28,940 nt of DNA from a virus. Its lineage: Duplodnaviria > Caudoviricetes. Positions 7,685-13,874 of this stretch are shown piece after piece (position 1 is the stretch's first letter; every line of letters begins with the position of its first letter). Under the pieces are notes generated by a model. The model was not told the origin of the DNA and did no database searches. It saw nothing but the letters and a program-made list of their open reading frames with translations. Both the position numbers and the translations under genes were made by a program. Where the stretch lies: IMG/VR virus record IMGVR_UViG_3300042393_000132, positions 1-28,940 of that record; one strand, 5' to 3'.

Positions 7685-9688
7685 TTAGTATGCGCCCATG
7701 ATGTTCATGAGTTCGATGTTCTTATTTAAATCTAAGTCAATTCCTGGAACACGGAATCGAGTCATGCTTGTACTGCCTAGTGTAATTTCATTTGATACTG
7801 TGTTGGAAGTCGGGTCAGCCTGATTTCCAATGATTATATTATTTGAACCAGTTGTAAGAAATCCTGCTGCTGAGTAACCAATTGCCGTATTAAAGTTACC
7901 AGTTGTTGCTGCATCTAATGCCAGTGCGCCAAGTGCTGTATTTGCGGCACCAGTTGATAAAAGTAATGCATCTTTACCAACTGCTGTATTAAGGTAAGTT
8001 GTTGTAACTGCACCTAATGCATTTGCACCAACTGCTGTATTGTTATAGCCTGTAGTATTAGCATCTAACGCTGCAGCACCAATTGCGGTATTGCTAGTTC
8101 CTGATGTGTTTGCAAGAAGTGCGTTGTAACCCAAAGATACTGGGTCAGTTAATGTTGTTGATGTTTCACCATGTACTGTACCTAGTGTAGTAGGAGTAGC
8201 AGCAGATACTGTAGGTACAGTTCCCCAAGAAGAAGTTGTACCATCAGTTGTTAGATATTTGCCTGAATTGCTTGTTTGACTAGGCACTACATAAGTAGTT
8301 GAGTCAGTTGCAACAAGAGTTTTAGATGTTGGAATTACTGTGCTGTTAATTGATGTTGCAGTAGCAACACCTAACACTGGAGTTACAAGAGTAGGGCTTG
8401 TATCTACTACAAACTTAGTACCAGTACCAGTCTGTGATGCAATAGATGTTGCTGAACCTACAGATGTAATTGGACCAGTCAAGTTAGATGGAGCAAGAAC
8501 CACTGTATCAAGATAGTTTTTAGTAACAACGTCTTGAGCAGCGGTTGGGTCACCAACTCCTGTAATCTTGTTAGTACCCATTGCAATAGCACCAGACATT
8601 GTACCGCCAGCCAAAGGCAACTTAGTTGCTAGACTGTTAGTAACAGTAGTTGAAAACGCTGCATCATTACCAAGAGATGCTGCTAACTCGTTAAGAGTAT
8701 CAAGAGCACCAGGTGCTGCAGCAATAAGGTCTGTAATCTCTGTCTGTACATAAGCGGTAGTTGCTACCTGAGTTGTATTAGTGTTTGCTGCTGCAGTTGG
8801 AGCAGTGGGTACACCAGTCAACGCTGGACTTGCCAGCGGAGCGTATGTACTTGCTGCTGTAGCAGTTGCTAACTTAGCATTTAGTTGAGTTTGAATTGCA
8901 GATGTAACACCATCTAAGTATCCAAGTTCAGTTGTAGATACTGTTGCAGATGGAGCAATCTTTGTCCAAGCAATAGCAGCGGATGCATTAATGTCAGCAT
9001 CTACAATTGTATTAGTACCAATTGCTGCTGTAATACTTGCGTTGCCTGTTCCATCAAATGATGCAGAAGTTCCAGTAACATCACCAGTAAGACTAATTGT
9101 ACGCCCTGTAGCAAGGGCTGTGGCTGTTGCTGCATTGCCTGTAGTGGAGCCAGATGTACCTGTTACGTTACCAGTTACATTGCCAGTTAAGTTGCCAGTC
9201 ACATTGCCTGTAATGTTGCCTGTAAAGGTTCCTGCAATAGCACCAGTGCCAGTAATGGTTGGGCTAGTAATAGTTGGGCTAGTTAAAGTCTTGTTAGTTA
9301 AAGTCTGTGTGTTGGTTGTACCAACTATAGCACCAGTGGTTACACCGTGTCCTATTACTGCCTCAGTATGGTCATTAGCATCTTGTAGGTCACGACCAAT
9401 AACCATATGTCGGACAATGGCACCAGCAGAGTGGGCTACGCCAACATTACCGTTATCAATACCTCTAGCAATAGTAAGTGTGTTACCTGATGTATAGTTA
9501 CTAACATCTACAATTTCTTCAAGAGCCGTATCAGGGTCAATGACAACGGTGTAGGTTTGACCTACTGTGGGTGTTTTACCACCCATTAGATTGGCACCAT
9601 TACCTACAGTCATAGTTGTATCACTAGAGGTAATACTGCTACTTAATGTGGTTTGCTGTGCTCTGGACGAGTATTTTCTAGTTGTCAT
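7685..9688 (-). CDS. tail fibre protein (667 aa)
   Basis: T/A/G/S-rich; TQTLTNKTLTSP, (GNxT)n, APLASPALTGVPTAPTAAANTNTTQVATTAYV, APGALDTLNELAASLGND and NTAxG beta-roll repeats are all common fibre motifs. Confidence 0.9.
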   Translation of the reverse strand: MTTRKYSSRAQQTTLSSSITSSDTTMTVGNGANLMGGKTPTVGQTYTVVIDPDTALEEIVDVSNYTSGNTLTIARGIDNGNVGVAHSAGAIVRHMVIGRDLQDANDHTEAVIGHGVTTGAIVGTTNTQTLTNKTLTSPTITSPTITGTGAIAGTFTGNITGNVTGNLTGNVTGNVTGTSGSTTGNAATATALATGRTISLTGDVTGTSASFDGTGNASITAAIGTNTIVDADINASAAIAWTKIAPSATVSTTELGYLDGVTSAIQTQLNAKLATATAASTYAPLASPALTGVPTAPTAAANTNTTQVATTAYVQTEITDLIAAAPGALDTLNELAASLGNDAAFSTTVTNSLATKLPLAGGTMSGAIAMGTNKITGVGDPTAAQDVVTKNYLDTVVLAPSNLTGPITSVGSATSIASQTGTGTKFVVDTSPTLVTPVLGVATATSINSTVIPTSKTLVATDSTTYVVPSQTSNSGKYLTTDGTTSSWGTVPTVSAATPTTLGTVHGETSTTLTDPVSLGYNALLANTSGTSNTAIGAAALDANTTGYNNTAVGANALGAVTTTYLNTAVGKDALLLSTGAANTALGALALDAATTGNFNTAIGYSAAGFLTTGSNNIIIGNQADPTSNTVSNEITLGSTSMTRFRVPGIDLDLNKNIELMNIMGAY
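7825..8140 (-). repeat. YadA-head-like NTA(I/V/L)G coding repeats, 16-17 aa period, about six units (approximate bounds)
   Basis: NTAIGAAALDANTTGYN / NTAVGANALGAVTTTYL / NTAVGKDALLLSTGAA / NTALGALALDAATTGNF / NTAIGYSAAGFLTTGSN / NIIIG. Confidence 0.8.
9159..9233 (-). repeat. degenerate 12-bp coding repeat (G-N-[IVL]-T)
   Basis: Encodes GTFTGNITGNVTGNLTGNVTGNVTG in the fibre shaft. Confidence 0.8.
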
Positions 9689-9699
9689 TTATCTGCCTA

Positions 9700-10626
9700 T
9701 CAAAGGGAATAGTGGACACGGATAGGATATTTTTCTTGCTGGTTTTTAATTTCTTCATTTAATCGTTGATTAAACAAAGCATAAACTTGCTTAGTAAGAG
9801 ATTGAGATGAACCGTACGGACGCTTAGAATCTGTTTCATCTGCCTGTGGGCTAACCATTGACGCACGTGCTGGGTCAAGGTTAGATAGCAAACGATAAGT
9901 AGCACCAAGAATAACTAAATCTTTACAAGATTGTGGAAGACCAGTTTGTGTTGCAAAAATCTCTGTATTAGCAGTAAAAGGAACTGGGTCAGTAGAATAA
10001 ACAACTTGAATAGTTCTGCCTGAAGTAATCATGTCGTAGATAGATATAGTTTGTTCGCTAGTAAATGCAGTTGAGTTAGCATTACCATCAAAACGCCAGT
10101 TGCGAATAGGTATCCATTCTTTACTTGGACCTATTGCTTCATAAGCAACAGCAAGAATAGAACGAATGTTTAAACTATTGCCACTAGCAGGTAATCTAAA
10201 GGATGATGTAGAAAGATTAGATGTAATTGTAGTTTTATTGGCTGCAAAGATAGATGAACCAATAGCACTAATAGTGTCGTTAATAGCACGCTTAATTACA
10301 AAGCGTGGAAAAGTAGGAGCAATAGTAACTTTAGTGCCTGCTGTATGTGCAGCAAGAGTAGTACCTAAATATGCTCGACCATAGGGAGCAATAGTTGCAG
10401 TGTTACCAACTCGGTCATAGTTATCTATCCAAAATAATTCTTCGTCAATCTCAACAATACCTTTACCTACACTGTCAGTAGATGCAAGAGACAGATTAAT
10501 AGGTGCAGCAATAGTTGAAGCAGTTGCTGCAACATCTGCTGTAATGTGAGTAGCACGGTCCTGTTGAAGTGTATAACCTGAAAGATTAATTGACACTTCA
10601 TCAATCATATCTAGTAATGTAGTCAT
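9700..10626 (-). CDS. head-tail adaptor / tail tubular protein A-like with inserted beta domain (308 aa)
   Basis: Helical N-terminus (MTTLLDMIDEV), IKRAINDTI, C-terminal DLVILGATYRLL helices; position before the fibre. Confidence 0.6.
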   Translation of the reverse strand: MTTLLDMIDEVSINLSGYTLQQDRATHITADVAATASTIAAPINLSLASTDSVGKGIVEIDEELFWIDNYDRVGNTATIAPYGRAYLGTTLAAHTAGTKVTIAPTFPRFVIKRAINDTISAIGSSIFAANKTTITSNLSTSSFRLPASGNSLNIRSILAVAYEAIGPSKEWIPIRNWRFDGNANSTAFTSEQTISIYDMITSGRTIQVVYSTDPVPFTANTEIFATQTGLPQSCKDLVILGATYRLLSNLDPARASMVSPQADETDSKRPYGSSQSLTKQVYALFNQRLNEEIKNQQEKYPIRVHYSL

Positions 10627-10784
10627 TATTTAGCCTTTCGTTTTGCTGCTGCATTGTCTACAAGATTTGGATATGGTCGTCCCGCTGCTTTTGCTCTAGC
10701 CTTTGCTGCAGCCTTTTGCGTTGGAGTTAAAGGCTTTGATTTTTTATTAGGATTAGGTTTATCCCAAAATGCTTTCTTCTTCAT
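10626..10784 (-). CDS. small basic protein (52 aa; not in ORF track)
   Basis: ATGA overlap upstream and TAATG downstream; MKKKAFWDKPNPNKKSKPLTPTQKAAAKARAKAAGRPYPNLVDNAAAKRKAK*. Confidence 0.8.
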   Translation of the reverse strand: MKKKAFWDKPNPNKKSKPLTPTQKAAAKARAKAAGRPYPNLVDNAAAKRKAK

Positions 10785-11077
10785 TTCTTAGCCTTGTTTC
10801 TCTTAGATATAGCAGCAGCCTTAGCCTTAGCATCAGCCTTAGATGATGCACCCCAAGCCTGCAGTGATAGAAGTAGACGAGTAGGCGAGCCGTCAGGCTT
10901 GCGCTCTGGTCCTGGCATTCCGCCCATACGGGCTAGAAAGGATGCCCTTCTAGGGTTGTCTCCAGACTTTACAGGGGCTTTGAGAGTGCCACCCTTATAA
11001 GATGCCCTACCTTTAGCATTGAGTCCTCCAGTAGGACTCTTGCCTTCTTTACGTGTCCATGCTGGAGATTTAGCCAT
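10781..11077 (-). CDS. basic phage protein, DUF6321-like (98 aa)
   Basis: AWTRKEGKSPTGGLNAKGRASY...RRASFLARMGG...TRLLLSLQAWG resembles a widespread phage family that I recall as DUF6321. Confidence 0.7.
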   Translation of the reverse strand: MAKSPAWTRKEGKSPTGGLNAKGRASYKGGTLKAPVKSGDNPRRASFLARMGGMPGPERKPDGSPTRLLLSLQAWGASSKADAKAKAAAISKRNKAKK

Positions 11078-11080
11078 TGT

Positions 11081-11257
11081 TTACTCTGTTCCTCTTCCGC
11101 CTTGCCAACCAGGAATTTTTGTAATATCTCCTTTGGCTTTGATTAATGCTTTTTCAAATGCCGTAAGTTTGCGTGACTTAATACGCGTTTCAATATCTAT
11201 AACCTGTGCTGGCTTTTTGCTTTTAGGTGTAGTTGATTTTTTAGGCATCTTTGGCAT
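11081..11257 (-). CDS. small basic protein (58 aa; not in ORF track)
   Basis: ATG immediately after upstream TAA; MPKMPKKSTTPKSKKPAQVIDIETRIKSRKLTAFEKALIKAKGDITKIPGWQGGRGTE*. Confidence 0.75.
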   Translation of the reverse strand: MPKMPKKSTTPKSKKPAQVIDIETRIKSRKLTAFEKALIKAKGDITKIPGWQGGRGTE

Positions 11258-11398
11258 TTAGTACTTCTTGCCCATCTTTTTCATGGCTGTCTTCTTAACG
11301 GCCTTCTTCATTGGCTTACCCGACTTCTTAGCAGCCTTCTTTGCAGCCATCTTACCTTCTGCTGTGTAAGGGAACTTCATGTTTCCGACCATTGGCAT
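11258..11398 (-). CDS. small histone H1-like Lys/Ala-rich protein (46 aa; not in ORF track)
   Basis: TAATG coupling; MPMVGNMKFPYTAEGKMAAKKAAKKSGKPMKKAVKKTAMKKMGKKY*. Confidence 0.8.
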   Translation of the reverse strand: MPMVGNMKFPYTAEGKMAAKKAAKKSGKPMKKAVKKTAMKKMGKKY

Positions 11399-11724
11399 TA
11401 TAATCCTGCTTTCTTTACTTCGTTGATTGCGTTAGCGGTTCTTTTATCTATTGACTTTGCATTTGGGTCTTTCTCAGCATTGTAAGCCCTACCCAAATTC
11501 TCTGATGCTTTCTCTGCAGCAATTATTTTATCCATCGTTGTCCCTGCTGGTTGGATACCTTGACTGCGTGCTTGCTTGTATCTTGCTAACTCGCCTTCCC
11601 ATTTACGCTTTGGCATTGATGCTCTGCTATTAGCATCGCCTGTGCCTAGTTCAAGTGTCATAACCTTGCAGCCAAAACAACCTTCAACAAACTCTGGGTG
11701 GGTTTGAACTTGATGTAAACTCAT
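11398..11724 (-). CDS. hypothetical protein with H-x4-H-x6-C-x2-C putative metal site (108 aa)
   Basis: MSLHQVQTHPEFVEGCFGCK; ATGA overlap with upstream gene. Confidence 0.75.
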   Translation of the reverse strand: MSLHQVQTHPEFVEGCFGCKVMTLELGTGDANSRASMPKRKWEGELARYKQARSQGIQPAGTTMDKIIAAEKASENLGRAYNAEKDPNAKSIDKRTANAINEVKKAGL

Positions 11725-11990
11725 TGTGCTGTAAAATTATCTTCGGTAACTCCAACACCACCAGCAATTAACGCTGCTTTAGTAGTTGCATCAACTACGT
11801 GTTTATTACCGCCTAGATAAACTTCTTGATAACTTCTTAAATCTTCATCTGTTAAGTAACGGACTTGCATATATTGTCCAGCATCTTTAACAATACTAAT
11901 GCCAACATTTAACTTATAAAAACTAAACAAGCGGTGTCCACCCGCTGGACCTTCTCTAACTATTGGCGGTTCAAAAATATATGTAGTCAT
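11721..11990 (-). CDS. hypothetical virion-module protein (89 aa)
   Basis: GGAGG 6 nt before ATG at 11990 (MTTYIF) favours this start over 12002. Confidence 0.75.
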   Translation of the reverse strand: MTTYIFEPPIVREGPAGGHRLFSFYKLNVGISIVKDAGQYMQVRYLTDEDLRSYQEVYLGGNKHVVDATTKAALIAGGVGVTEDNFTAQ

Positions 11991-12007
11991 GTTGTCCTCC
12001 ATTTAGA

Positions 12008-12035
12008 GAGGGGCAGGGCTTGCGCCCTACCCCTC
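12008..12035 (-). terminator. GC-rich hairpin with GCAA tetraloop after capsid gene (attenuator or mRNA-stabilising stem)
   Basis: Minus strand GAGGGG-T-AGGGC GCAA GCCCT-G-CCCCTC: 12-bp stem including one U-G pair; no U-tract. Confidence 0.7.
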
Positions 12036-12042
12036 ATTGCTA

Positions 12043-13236
12043 CTAAAGAGCAGCGATTGATGAGCCTGTTTCCAAGCGATACAATGCATCTTCACGGTAG
12101 ATAGCAAAGCCAAGTACGCCGTACCAACCCATTGGGCGGTGACGCATCAACTTGTCAACTACTGGTCCGATAACTGTGTGTGGCTCTTCAGCAACGGCTT
12201 GTGCCATTGCTTGCTGTCCACAGATAATTGTGTTGTACACACGTGTTACTGGAGTTACTGTAAGAGTATTAGTTCCTACAGTTCCTGAGTTAGCAACATC
12301 TACTGTAAGTGTAGTGTTTGTTGCACCAACAGAGATTGCTGTAATCTTTGCAGAAGCACCTACGTTAGTACCAGAGATTTTGTCTCCAACTTCAGCGCGT
12401 CCACCGAATGCAGCATTTGCTACAACGATAGTAAACGCACCTGAAGCACCGCTAACTGCAGGAGCAGTTGCTAGTGCTGTCTGGTCTGCACCAGTCTTTG
12501 CGTTGTACATACGTGCTGATTCAACATAGTATGCACCTTCGTAGTTACCGATTTCTCCTGCCCAAATGCGGTCCTGTGAAGAACCGTATTGGTTAGGTAG
12601 CAACCAGCCCTGTCCTGAAGAGGACTCGGCACGTAGGTCGTGTGATACTTCTGGGTGGATACCAGCCCAGTAAAGTGAACCCTTGCGTCCAACAGCCTTG
12701 TTAGAGCGCAACTTAGCAACTGCCTTACGGATGTCCGCTGAGTCAATTGTTGATGCTGCTGCAACTGTTGCTGTTGATGTTGCTGAACCACCAAAAATCT
12801 TATTGGTTCCAGCACGCAATGTTGTCATTGCTACGTCATCAATAGAATCTGCTAGGTTGAAAGCAATAATGTTTGCGATTGCTGGGTCTACATCAGCAAG
12901 GCTGAATAGTTCCAGTGCGCGTGTTACCAACACAGAGTTTCCGTACTCGTTAAGAGTAATAGAAACATTGGTTGGTGTTGATAGTGCTACTGCATCTGGG
13001 TCAGTTGTTTCTGATAGAGGAGTAGTGTTTTTAGCCAAGTCAACGTAGCGTTGTAGAACAACAGTTGAGCCTGGAATTGATTGGCGAGCAGGTGTCTTAT
13101 CTGCGACTGAACGGATTAGCGGTTCTGAACGAAGAGCAAACTCCAGTAAGCGGTCATACGCTTGCTGAACTAGACCTGCACCACCAGAGGTACCGCCGAG
13201 TGTGGCGGACCCTGTACTTGTGAATGCGTTAGGCAT
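12043..13236 (-). CDS. major capsid protein (397 aa)
   Basis: Follows scaffold, perfect GGAGGTGA RBS, downstream hairpin; motifs SITLNEYGN, GIHPEVSHDL, GEIGNYEG, DKLMRHRPMGWYG are typical of podovirus HK97-fold capsids. Confidence 0.92.
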   Translation of the reverse strand: MPNAFTSTGSATLGGTSGGAGLVQQAYDRLLEFALRSEPLIRSVADKTPARQSIPGSTVVLQRYVDLAKNTTPLSETTDPDAVALSTPTNVSITLNEYGNSVLVTRALELFSLADVDPAIANIIAFNLADSIDDVAMTTLRAGTNKIFGGSATSTATVAAASTIDSADIRKAVAKLRSNKAVGRKGSLYWAGIHPEVSHDLRAESSSGQGWLLPNQYGSSQDRIWAGEIGNYEGAYYVESARMYNAKTGADQTALATAPAVSGASGAFTIVVANAAFGGRAEVGDKISGTNVGASAKITAISVGATNTTLTVDVANSGTVGTNTLTVTPVTRVYNTIICGQQAMAQAVAEEPHTVIGPVVDKLMRHRPMGWYGVLGFAIYREDALYRLETGSSIAAL

Positions 13237-13239
13237 TTG

Positions 13240-13254
13240 TCACCTCCAAGGTGA
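13240..13254 (-). promoter_or_regulatory. capsid RBS embedded in a short hairpin
   Basis: Minus strand TCACCT-TGG-AGGTGA, 3 nt upstream of ATG. Confidence 0.55.
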
Positions 13255-13274
13255 GTTGTGAAATTACTATGTAT

Positions 13275-13754
13275 TTATTGCTGTTGAGAATAGATGATTG
13301 CTTGAAGTTCTTCTGCGGTTTCTGCATTATTGATTCTGTTCAATAAATCATCTGCTCGGTCAGGGGTCATACCAAGTTGAGTAACCATGTCTTGCTGCCG
13401 CAAGGCTGCACGATTTAGTTCTCTTTCTTCGTTTACCTCTGGCTGTGTTAATCCAAACAAGTCTCCATTATCTAAAAGCCAGTTATTAACTGACTCTTCG
13501 GTAATTTCATCCAAGTCTTTTAGGATTAATCGTTGTGCCTTTGGATTGACACCCTTCTGTTCTAGGACCTCTTTGACTGTACGCTCACGCTGCGCCTTGG
13601 ATAATCCCTCAAGTTGCTCAGTGAGTTCCTTGATACGCTTCTCATCGTTGCGCTTGGCTTTCCGTAACTTTTTAAGTAAGTCACTTCCATCCATCTGCAC
13701 TTCGGTTTCGGTATCTAGGTCGTCTTCGTCTTCATCCCAGTAGTTGTTGCTCAT
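13275..13754 (-). CDS. capsid scaffolding protein (159 aa)
   Basis: Acidic N-terminus (MSNNYWDEDEDDLD), coiled coil (LRKAKRNDEKRIKELTEQLEGL), C-terminal helix pair; directly upstream of capsid; GAAGGGTGG before ATG 13754. Confidence 0.8.
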   Translation of the reverse strand: MSNNYWDEDEDDLDTETEVQMDGSDLLKKLRKAKRNDEKRIKELTEQLEGLSKAQRERTVKEVLEQKGVNPKAQRLILKDLDEITEESVNNWLLDNGDLFGLTQPEVNEERELNRAALRQQDMVTQLGMTPDRADDLLNRINNAETAEELQAIIYSQQQ

Positions 13755-13868
13755 AGCAACCCACCCTTCTATTCGTTTGAATCGCAAGCCTCAGGTTCTA
13801 GTCGGGGAACTAGTCTGGCTCTTACTACCAGTCTTATACGCTATGTGGGCTGGTTGGTCACATAGGAA
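13755..13868 (-). ncRNA. candidate structured cis-regulatory leader of scaffold gene
   Basis: Longest non-coding gap in the late operon; two hairpins plus possible pseudoknot (see findings). Confidence 0.55.
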
Positions 13869-13874
13869 TCTATT

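Noticed and set aside
6360-9688. Diversity-generating retroelement or invertible segment at the fibre tip
   Set aside because: No reverse transcriptase or invertase, and no template/variable repeat pair or flanking inverted repeats seen in the window.
12036-12080. T7-like programmed frameshift or readthrough extending the capsid protein
   Set aside because: No slippery heptamer near the end, and the gene ends in tandem TAG TAG stops.
13755-13868. Known self-cleaving ribozyme or tRNA
   Set aside because: No hammerhead CUGAnGA/GAAA core, no convincing pistol or twister consensus and no cloverleaf; kept only as an unassigned structured leader.
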